From Ruditapes philippinarum (lineage: Eukaryota): DNA of 64,000 nt. A program made the translations under genes and the position numbers. Below are positions 44,301 through 56,300 of this stretch, in pieces. The number at the start of each line of letters is the position of its first letter. Position 1 is the first letter of the stretch. The stretch covers positions 1 to 64,000 of the forward strand of contig NW_026857129.1 in assembly GCF_026571515.1 (NCBI RefSeq), given 5' to 3'. The notes under the pieces are model-generated. The model was not told the origin of the DNA and did no database searches. It saw only the letters and a program-made list of their open reading frames with translations.

Positions 44301-47300
44301 CTTTATTTCAATGGACGATAATGCTCACCTTAAAGGACCAGGGCGGTCCAGGACTACCTAGCGAGGGAGTCTATTGAGCGCATGGACTGGCCAGCTCGCT
44401 CACCTGACTTAAATCCAATAGAACACATGTGATATGTGCTGCAGGTTAGAATTTCAACTCGTCAGCTGCAATCCAGCTTGGAGCTATGTTGGTCCAAAAT
44501 TGGGCAGCCATACCCGTTAGAACGATCAGATACCTAATCGAGAGTATGAGAAGATGCTGCCCAGCTGTCCTTGATAGCCACACACACGGTACTAAGTATA
44601 AAACTTAAAAAAACACCAGAAGGAAATAACAACAAAGTAACAATTAAACAAATTTGAAAAACACGCTGCATGTTCTGAAAACTTCAAAGTGGGGAGGGGG
44701 GGTCATCCTCTTCTTTAGCACAAAATCAATGTAAAATTAATTTATAGGGATAAAGTCGTCCTTCAGCTGAATTGATAAAAAAGTAAATCAAAATTTAAAC
44801 CTTTCGCACTGATTTTAATTTGTTTGTTTGTTTGTTTGTTTCATTTTACGCCTTTTTCAACAGTATTTCAGTCATATAGGCGGGTAGTTTCCTAACCATC
44901 GTTCCTGGAGAGTTACACCAGTACTAGACAACCTTCCTCCGCGCTAAACTACCAAAGCATCTCCCGGGGATCGAACCCACGCCAGAGAGGTAACTGGATT
45001 AGAAGTCATCGACTCTAACCCCTCGACCACGGAGGCGGTGCACTGATTTTAAAAAATTAAAGTCAAAGAATGGTCACACTGAAATATATGGTGCTTAGCA
45101 AAAGTTGAGTAGTATATAAACAATCCAATCATCGTTATCATCGTAGTAAAAGTTATAGACGCCTTAAAGGAAGGCATAGTAGCAAGAAAAACACATACAA
45201 AGGTCCAATGCAGCAAGAAATTATATTTAAACAATTCAGACCGAAATGCCTTAAGAACGGTCCGTCATAGAGTGTTCCACTTGATCCGGTCTGTCAGAAG
45301 CAACCAAAATAGGAAAGCAACAAAATAACATGAAGTTTGCTGACCCGGTTAGTGTCTGTACATGAGGGATAATAAAAGTGCAACATCACTCACGCCCATC
45401 TAGCGCATGGTATTCAATTTAACAAAGTCAAGCAATTCAAAGCAACGACTTTAGAGCAATAATCCAGAAAGACAGGACTTGCAACAGGATTGAGTCAAAT
45501 ATGAATCAGGAATTCAGGGGTCTATTTTTCTTTAATTCGTTTTCATTGAATTGAACGTTGATTACCTAAAAACTTACACTCAGTACATTGTCCTTCATTA
45601 TATGTTATATTATATACAGTACCTTTCTGTAAAATGAATGACATGTTATAGATAATTGTCCGAAAGTAAATTCAAACTTTCTTCTTAAATTGCAGACTTC
45701 ACAAAGTTTAAAGAGGCATGCCGACTTAACACTTTGGAAGGTGCAAGGCTCACGATTGATAAAATACCTATATCTAGCTGTATTTATCTTGCAAACATTT
45801 CTCCTGAAATAACAGAAGATACTCTGAGATATTACTTTGAAAGCAAATTTGGAGAAAAGGGAAAAGTTGATAAAGTACTTTTGACCAAATCAGAGGGAAT
45901 TTGTCTAGTTTATTTTGAAAATTACAAAGGTAACACAAAAATTCTCAAATGTTAAACTGTATAAAAATCGGTGAATAACACAAGTAAAAGCAATGCATAC
46001 TGTATTACATACTTATTATAATAATAATCCATATTGCTTTTGCCTTCGTCGTCTCCGTTTGTCTGTCCACTCGCATTTAAAGTGTCCGGGTTTCACATGT
46101 CAATTTGCTTGTGGGATTTTGACGAAACTTCACAGGGGTGATCAATACAATACCTAGTTGTGCATATTGTCGACAAGTTCCACTTCCCTGTACAAAATAG
46201 CTGCCAGAGTTAGAAATAGAAAATCAATGATGGCTGTGACAGGTAAATTGCCTGGCGGGATTCCTCTGAAACTTCACAGGAGTGTTGAGTACCAACCCTT
46301 GTTATGCGTATCTCTGGAACGTTCCTCTTCGCTGCAGAAAATGGCCACTAAAGCTAACAACAGAAAAATATTGTCTGACTGTCACAGGTCAAGCTGCTGG
46401 AACCCTACGGGGTTGATCTGTACCAGTCTTAGGTGTGCTGTAGTCAGCATTTTCCGCTTCACTGCACAAAATTGCAACAAGTGATAAATATTTGAAAAAC
46501 CTTGACAAGCTTTCACAGGTCAAACTGCTTGGGAGACTTCGACGAATATTATACTAGCGTGATCAGTACAAACCCTTGTTGTGCATATCGCCGGCACACA
46601 ATTGTTGCTAGATTTGAAAATAGAAAATCCATGCCCTTCTTTCACAGGTGAAAATGCTTGCGGCATTTCGACGAAACTTCATAAGAGCTGTCAGTATAAA
46701 CCTTCGTGTGCAGATGTTCATCACCTTCTGCTTCGCTGCAAAAAATGGCCACCAGAGCTAAAGACAAAAATCCTTAAAAAGGGCTTAAAAAAGAAAAATC
46801 TTATCGGGTTGTCACAGGTTAAATTGTCGGCAGGATATTGGCAAAACTTCACGGGAGTTATCAGTACCAATCCATTGTATGCATATTGCTGGCATGTTCT
46901 GATTTACTACACAAATCGACTACCAGTTATAATGACGGCAATCCTTATCTGTATTTTACTGCGGGTGGGATTTTGGCAATATTTCACACAACCATTGCCG
47001 TGCATATCGCTAGCATGTTTTGCTTAGCTGCAAGAATTGACTGCCCGAGCTAAGACTAGAAAAATCCTGTCCGGCTTTGACAAGTAAAACTTCTGGTTGC
47101 ATTTTCATGCCGCTGTTCTATCCTTCGAGTACATACGTGGGAGACATTTATTATTTTTTGAGAAAAAAGCATTTAAGTTGTTTTTCAAATTATAAATAAG
47201 CGTTAAAAAAATAATATTATGACATTTACAAACAGCAAAATTGAAAACAGAAACGTAATAGTCTGACAATAAGTTTTAAATTATTTGTTTATATATGACG

Positions 47301-50300
47301 CAAAGNNNNNNNNNNNNNNNNNNNNNNNNNNNNNNNNNNNNNNNNNNNNNNNNNNNNNNNNNNNNNNNNNNNNNNNNNNNNNNNNNNNNNNNNNNNNNNN
47401 NNNNNNNNNNNNNNNNNNNNNNNNNNNNNNNNNNNNNNNNNNNNNNNNNNNNNNNNNNNNNNNNNNNNNNNNNNNNNNNNNNNNNNNNNNNNNNNNNNNN
47501 NNNNNNNNNNNNNNNNNNATATTTTCAGTTGTCAATAGTGTTTTGGAAATGAAACATACTCTCGGAGGCAGAGAACTAAAAGTAAGCTGTTACCAAAACC
47601 TACTAAAGGGAACTGAAGAAACACATGAAAGAGTTCTTAAAGTGCCTAACCCGATTGACTTGTCAAATACTGCACCAGAAATAATACAATTTTGCCATAC
47701 CGTACCCTTTTATAGAACGAAATTTGAAAAAGAAATGTCAGAAGTGTATGCAAATATAGTGTGGCCAAAGAAACCAGCAGATAAAACATTTATAACGTGT
47801 ACGCTTGATTTATCCGTCCGTGGTTGCTTTAAACATGCCAAGACATGGCAAGAACGAGTTGAGAAGAAAATTACCATATTATTGGCAGATCTGTCCTTTA
47901 CACAAATTGACGTTCATACATATATTTGGGAAAAACTTATTGGTTATGTGCGAACAATTTCAGTTGACAAACCACAAGATGTGCAAATATATCAGATCAA
48001 AGAAAAAAATGTCATTAATATAGTAGGGAGAAAAGAAGTTGCAGAAGAAGTAAAACAAAAAGTTTTATGTGAAAATGAAAAGCTCGAGCAGGAATATGAG
48101 AAAGACCGACAGAAAGTTAGGGAATATATGCGAGGATTTCAGCCAATTGAGGTCAGACTTATGAACGTTACAAATACAGCTCAAGTAATACAACAACATT
48201 TTGATGACTTAACCATAGAAATCGACGATGAAGAAAACGCTATAATATTTGAGGGTCCCTTGCATTCCGTCAAGGATGCTCAAATAAAATTTTATGAGAT
48301 GAAAAACAATTTTGGGCGGAAAGAAGTTGAGTTATTTTCAGACATGTTAATTTCAATGTATCAGTCAAAAGAGGCTGTTAGTTTCATCCAAAATCTTCTT
48401 CAAGAAAGTGGCTTACAAGCCTTGTGGGAAATCAGGAATTCTTCCCTTATAGTATGTTGCACACAGAACAAGATGCTCGAAAAATGTGCTGAAATTATTT
48501 TAACAAGCCTTGCAGAAGAACGAATTGAATATAATGCTGAATCTGTTCCTGATATGAAGGCCGACAGTTGGCGAAGAACACAAGACAATTTACGTATCAG
48601 TTATAAGGGGAACGTAGAATTTAGTACTGAAGAAAATATAGTTATTGTCTGTGCAACTAAGGATATACTTGCGACAGTCATTTCAGAAGTAAATAGGTTT
48701 ATAGATTCAAAAACGATACTGTCAAAGTTCTTTTCTTTTCCGAAAGATGTAATAAGGTTAATTGAAAAGCATCATAAATCAGACATAACTGCTATAACAC
48801 TAGAACTCAGTGCATACCATGTTGAAATATTAATGGCCGAAAATTACAGTGGCATGCAAGTGCATGGGTTAGTCCTTGGAGTAGAAAAAGCATCTATGCA
48901 GTTACAAAAATTGTGCAACAGAGTAAAGAAAAGAAAACACACCATCAGAAAACCTGGTGTTGCTGATTACATTGGAAAAGCTAAGGGGAAAGACAACATA
49001 AATACGGTTGAGACAGTTTTGAAATGTATTGTTTCGATTGAGGGAGGTGACCAGGGTAATAAAGAAGTTGGAGAGAAACGTGTTGCCGCCGAATGTACTT
49101 TTCTGGATGGCAGAGTGTTATTTGCATTTGTCGGCGATATGACGGAGCTTGAAGTTGATATGATTATCAATCCAGATGATGAAAAAATACATTTCCATGG
49201 TGGCCTTGGAAGAGCCATAATTTCTAAAGGTACAAACGTTATTTTTTAACTCTTATTCAATAATATTTAATATAAATCGCGCTAAATACAAAAAAATACA
49301 AAATCATATGTGGATGCTAGTTATAAGTAGGTTATCATTTTGATTACAAGTACATTGCAAGTTGGCCAAAAGTAACCGCACAAGCTTATTTTAGAAATTA
49401 AAGAAACAATAGCTCAAAATTATAGTTTACTTCTTTAAACCGAACACCTGTGGAAATGTTTAAAAGAATTTGGATTTTGGATGTTTCCGGAACTCAAAAG
49501 CTCAGAAAAATCTAAACAAGTATCATAATTAAACATAAGTTGTTTATGTAAGTCATGCTGAAAAACATAGTCGATAAATTTAATAAAATATCAAAATATG
49601 AAATTCCTTAAAATGTTTATGAAATTTTATTATCACCAATATTTGACTTTGTTTATACATAAGCATAAAGAAAATTATCAAACTTTATCCTTAAAGATAT
49701 TTAATAGAGTTCCAACTATTAACCTGTATTTTTTCACAAAATGTTTTTTTTTCTTTAATCGAGGGGTTGACATACTTGACAGGCTGTGACTGTAAAAGGT
49801 TTTAGATTAATTAGTCACTGCTATTTAGAAGGCAAAGATATTTTGTAAGTGCGATTATATCAAATTCTTTTATGGAAGTAGATTTAAATTGATAAAAAAA
49901 CATACAAAAAAGCAAATTTTTACCAGAAAAAAGGTTATGAATTTAGAAGTTGGCATAATTTACAGTTAAAACTTTTATGACAGTGAAAATTGATCGAATT
50001 TCAGATTTTTCTAAATATCCGGGAGTTACACTGTAAAAATGTTAATCTTATTACCACAACAAGTAATACCATAAGGATAACAAGCTATGTATGATAAAGA
50101 ATTGATATGACTTTAAATGTTTGAAATTAATAGTTGTTACTCTACTCACTCTTTTCAAAAGCTGCCATCTAAATCATTGAGATATTCTTTTTCAGAGTAT
50201 GTCAAATTATTTGAAAGCGTGTATTTGTTGATCCTATAAAACTTTTACTCTGATTGTATGTAATCTTGAATGTTTAAGCTATTTGCTTACAAATTTAGCA

Positions 50301-53300
50301 TTATGTAGCCGCTAAAAATAGCATGTACACGCCAATAAATGTTATGTATATTCAACACTTTTCCTTTGAATATAGGATATTTTAGATACATTGATAATTT
50401 ACAAAAAAGACATAAAAATAATTTTACCAAAGTGTGATTCGAATTAATAGTCCTAAATAACATACATTTTGCTTTAATTTGTTTTATCTAAATATTCTTC
50501 AAAGTGAATGAATTACATTAGAAACAGTTAATTGAAGGAAAACTTTTATTCTAATGTTGGGCCTGTAATTCTATTGATCTTGCAGCAAACTATGTGATGT
50601 CCTTACAAATTTATACGCAGTTTAACTCGGTTGTATTGAATTATTAACAACAGAATTAATTTGAACAATTTACATGAAATAAATCATTTCTAACATTTGT
50701 TTTTAATCTTATAATTTTTTGAAGGTGGTGCAAGTATAAAAAAAGAATGTGAAGACTTTATCAAAGAAAATGGGGATCTGGCAGTTGATGATGTTTTTGT
50801 AAGCGAGGGAGGAAATTTGAACGCAAAGTATGTAAGTCATATATTAAGCCATGAATGGAGAAAAGGAACCGGCAACCAAATAAAAACATTAGGTGATTCC
50901 GTTTTTAACTGTTTGACAGAGGCCACGAAACGGAGGTTAAGTTCTATAGCAATACCTGCCATTGGTTGCGGTGTGAACGGGTACGTATTTTGTATCATGT
51001 AATTGTTTAAAATTTAATTTAATCAAATGAGTTTCCTATTACGTGTATTTCATTTTTTCCAATCATAGTACTTTTCGTATTACGTATCCCACCAAGGGAG
51101 TAAAACAAAATAAATCAAAAAAAGCAATTGCCCATTTAATATAAAAAAAACAAAACAAATCTACTATTTATATATGATACTATGAACAAGATTATAAATC
51201 AAATGGGCATAAATTATCATCTGAGAATTCGTCCTTTCAAAATGTTTTAAAAGCCTTATAGGGGCGGGGGTATTTTAAATATATTCATGTATGTTATGGG
51301 GAATTATCAACTTGAGTATGAATTGATCAAAATCAGTTAATAATTTGCCTTTCTAGAGTGCTGTAACAGTCTATAAGTTGCGGACCAAAATAAAGGCGGC
51401 CTTCTTAATGATTTTCAGGTTTCCACCTGACATCGCAACAGAAACTATCATAAGATCTGTCAAACAATTTTTCTTAGAAGTGCAGCATAGTCCTGTTACG
51501 GAAGTTTATGTGTGTGATTATGATGAGAAAAAGGTTCAATGTTTCACGAATGCTCTATGTTCCGAATTTGGGCGTGACAAAGTGTCAACTTTTAGCAGAG
51601 ATCCTCAGCCTCTCATTGGAAATATGAATAAAAACTCCGTGAACATGACGGGAAAGAAGAAATCTTCGAAATCGAAGATTTCAAAAACCAAAGGTAAATT
51701 TCCAACTGCATTTTGGTGATTTTTTAATGGACCTGTATATTTTGGTATTGTTCACGGCCGCATTTTGTGAACATCTCTTTCACTTGGCGATATTTCTATA
51801 AAAATCCTACCATATTGACAGACACTTTACTTCGTTTGATAAAATTTATTGTTTTTTCTCAATGGTTATTTGATTAAGCGAAACAAAACAAATAGAACGT
51901 TTGTTCTTGATTGATAATTATCTTTTTGATTTTTTTTGCATAATTGTTCATATAAGCTATTTGCATAAAAACTGATACAAATGCAAAAAATAAACCTGTA
52001 ATATTTTAGATGCCGATGTCGAAATACCGATATTGAAGATTTTAAATGGAGTTCAAATAGGAAAATTGAAAGTCAAGATTGTTAAAGGAGAAATTTCGTC
52101 AGAAAAGGTTTGAAAAAGAAAATATGTAACGAATCTACATATTTGTACAACGACTTCTTTACTGTGCAATTAGAGATAACATCTGTTCATTTTGAACTAA
52201 ATTTTCTCTAGATCATTTAATTTTTACACGCACAAAAATTTACAGGTGTATGCACCTGGTCATTCATCCGTGTTCTTAGGTCTGTAAGCAGTTTATGTGT
52301 GCAGTCTGAATATTTCGAATCGGTAGAAGTAAAATGAATTTACTTGGCAGGTATGAGACAATATGCATAACGTAGTTTTGTATCATTTTATTAATTTTGG
52401 TCCACTCAGTATCTTTTGAATCGATTGAAAAATAAAGTTCTTGGCAGAATTATCATTTATAATTAAACACTGTGTAAAACACAGGTTCATGCTACCTGAT
52501 GTCCAAATTGGTCCACCCCAGGCATTAGTGATTTATATACACTTATATAGTAATCCTTTATTGTATGAAACTACAATGTCTAGAGCTAAGGTATTTATCT
52601 TATATCATTGCTTTATTGATCCTTACAAAAATGATATGAATCATGCGTCGTTGTTCAAAATGGCCCCGTCCAAGAAGTCACTTGATTTATATAGACTTAA
52701 AAAGAAAACACATCTGAGAATTTTGTGAAACTACGATGTCCAGAGCTGACATAATTGGCATGTCACATCATTTTGAGCATCCGATGTCACTTAATTAATA
52801 CATTTTTGGTGAAACTACAATGCCTAGAGTATAGATATTTGACATCTAGCATTGTCTAGTTGGCCACTACAAAACTGGTATTAATCATGCCCTTTGGATC
52901 AATGTTGATAGGGTCTTGTATGAGAAAATACATCTCAGTCTTATTTTGTGAAATTCCAAGGCCAAGAGCTAAGACATTTAGCATTAACTTAATCTTTGAA
53001 CGCCTGAAAAATTGATATAAATCATACCCTAAGCGTTGAAGTTGGTCAACGACAGGGTCTTTTTATTATAGGAAACACATAAATGTCTTACTAAGAGAAA
53101 TTACATAGCCCAGAGCTTTGGCATGTAGCATCAATTTGTAGGTTTCTTCAAAAGGAATATTTATCTTGAACCTCAGGTCCCTTGCTTCTACTAATGTATA
53201 GGAAAATACATCTTATTTTTGTGGATAAATACTATGCCTGTGTATTTAGCATATAGCATGTATTTGTATAGACCTTTATAAAAGTTTTTATGAATCATGA

Positions 53301-56300
53301 AATTAGAGTAACAATGCCTTTGTCTTGGTGGTCATGAAGTATCATATGGATAATTAACTGAGGATAAAACATTTTTTCAGACATGTTTCTTGATTGTGTA
53401 TTTACCCTAAATAAGAGATTATTTTTCTTCACTTAAAAAAAATTAACTTTTGTGCGCATATTGTCTCGTCTTTGCGGTTCTCTTGTTCTTGTTCTTATCA
53501 GATTATCCTGAACTTATGTTTGATATTCATGTCGAAATTATATTTATATATTTCCTTACATTGCTATAGTATTTCAAAAAGTGAATGGTGATGTATTTAA
53601 TATTTTTAGTAGAAGTACTACTACTTATACTATGGGCAATACGTTTTCCTGTTATCATGTTAAATAAATAAATTTTTAAGATTAAATCTGACAAATTTTA
53701 ATGAAACTACTTAATAACCGAAAACATTTATAATATTGACATACAAAGCTATTGTTTAAAAGAATAATTCTATTTTTTAAACTTGAGCAAACAAAGTTAT
53801 TGAAAATAACATGTACAAAGGCTTTTGAAAATCAAAAAATTTTTAGTACTTGTGATATAGTTTTAACGACTTATTTTCCCAACAATTTTTATAAACATAC
53901 TGCAGGTTAATGTGATTGTAAACTCAACATCAAGTGATTTGACCCTAGCAAACGGAGCTGTGTCTATCTCGTTACTGAATGTGGCTGGTAAAAAAATGCA
54001 GGAAGAGGTCCGTTCAAAATATCCAAATGGTCTAAATAATATTAATATAGCTATAACATCGGGTTACAAACTCAAGTGTAAGCACGTTTATCACACTGCT
54101 TTGGACCAGTTCGATGCCAACAAGGAAATGGAGTGTAGAAAGGTAAAACCGCCTTTCAACATATCTTATCTATTCTTTTAGATTGAGCTGTTAGTGTTTT
54201 TTATGCCACCGCAGCATCTGCGATTCACCTGTGTGTTTGTGTGTGTGTGTTCTATAGATTATATAGTGAACTTAAAAAATCTTCTTGTGAAAAATAGTAG
54301 TCCAATTTCAACCAAATTTGGCAGGATTGATCCTTGGGTAAAGGGCTTCCAAAGTTGTTCAAAAGAAATTCATTCCATGCAGAAATCTGGTTGCCATGGC
54401 AACCAAAAGGAATTATAAGAAAATTAAAAAAAAATCTTCTTGTAAAGACCCAAAAGGCCTAGAGCTTAGATATTTTGCATAAGGCATTGTCTGGTAAACC
54501 TCTACCAATATTGTTCAAATTATAGCCCTGGGTTCAAAATTGGCCCTGCCCCGGGGGTCATTCATTTTCACTATATGTACATATAGTAAAAACTTAAAGT
54601 ACCTTCTTGTAAAGACCTATAGCTTAGATATTTTGCATAAGGCATTGTCTTGTAGACCCTTACCAAGATTGTTCAAATTATAGCCCTGGAGTCAAGATCG
54701 GCCCCGCCCCGAAGGTCATTGGTACATATAGTAAAAACTTAAAATAACTTTTTGTAAAGACCCAAAAGGCCTAGAGCTTAGATAATTCGCATAAGGCATT
54801 GTCTGGTAGACATCTACCCAGATTGTTCAAATTATAGCCCTGGGGTCAAAATCGGCACCGCCCCTGGGGTCATTGGTTTTCCTTATATGTATATGGTAAA
54901 AACTAATAGTAAAAGTTTAAAAAAAATTCTTATAGCAATTGACAAATGCTAGAGTTTAGATATTTTGCATGAAACATTGTGTAGTTAACCTCTAGCAAGA
55001 TTGTTCAAATTATAGCCCTGGGGTCAAAATTGCCCCCGCCTCGGGGGTCATTGATTTTCAATATATACATATAGTAAAAAATCGAAAAATCTTATTGTCT
55101 GAAGGAACAATGCTTAGAGCTTTAATATTTGTTAAATGATATCATCTATAGGTACTCTACCAAAGTTGTTCAAATTTTGCCTCTAGTGTTAAAATTAGCC
55201 CTGCCCCGGGGCCATAGGTTTTCCTTATATGTATATCGTAAAACTTGAAAAATTATTTTCTCTAAATTTACAAAGGCTAGAGTATATTTTGCATGAAACA
55301 TTGTGTAGTGAACCTCTAGCAAGATTGTACAAATTAAAGCCCTGGGGTCAAAATTGGCCCCAACCCCATGGGTCATTGATTTTCACTATGTACATATAGT
55401 AAAAAAAATCTTTATGTCTGAAGGTACAAGGCTTACAGCTTTGATATTTGGTATATAATATAATCTACGGGTCCTCTACTAAAGTTGTTTTAATTATGCC
55501 CCTAGTTTTAAAATTGCCCTGCCCCAGAGTCGATAGTTTTCCTTATATGTATAAAGTAAAAACTTGAAGAACTTCTTCTCTGGATTGACAGAGGTTAAAT
55601 ATATGACATGAGACTTTGCGAAGTGAACCTTAACCAAGATTGTTCAAATTATAGCCCTGGGGTTAAAATTGGTTTCATTGATTTTCATTATGTACATATA
55701 GAAAAAAATATTTTTGTCTGAAGGTACAGGTCATAGAGCTTGATGATTGCTATATAATATCAACTGTATGTCCTCTTCCAAAGTTGTTAAAATTTTTCGC
55801 CTGGTGTCAAAACTGGCCCTGCCCGGGGGCAGTGATTCTCATTATGTACACATAGTAAAAACAGAAAATAAAACAAATGTTTTCTGAATAGGAGAAAGCT
55901 GCAGCTTAGATATTTGACATGAAGTGTTGTTTGGTGGACCTGTAACGAGATTGTTTTGAATTAAACCCTTGGGTCAAAATTTTGCCTTGTCCAAAGGGAC
56001 AGTGACCTACTTTCTTGTCCTTTGATGTACAGCAATGAAATTTGACCGTGTGCACAGTTTTATTTGTAAAATTGAACTTTGATATCAGGTGACCTAGATT
56101 TTGATGATGTTACCTACTTTCTTGTCCTTTGATGTACAGTTATGAAATTTGAACCATGTGCACAGATTAAGATGTAAATTGAACTTTGATATTTTTTACA
56201 AAGTGTCTTACTGTGTAGTCATGAAATTTAGGCTGTGTGAAATATGACCTTCACCAACAAATTCACTAGACTCAAGTGCATTGATATATTCATACTCTGA

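Noticed and set aside
47285-47528. N-terminus of the 654-aa ORF
   Set aside because: It is an artefact of reading through N; the real exon starts at the acceptor at 47529.
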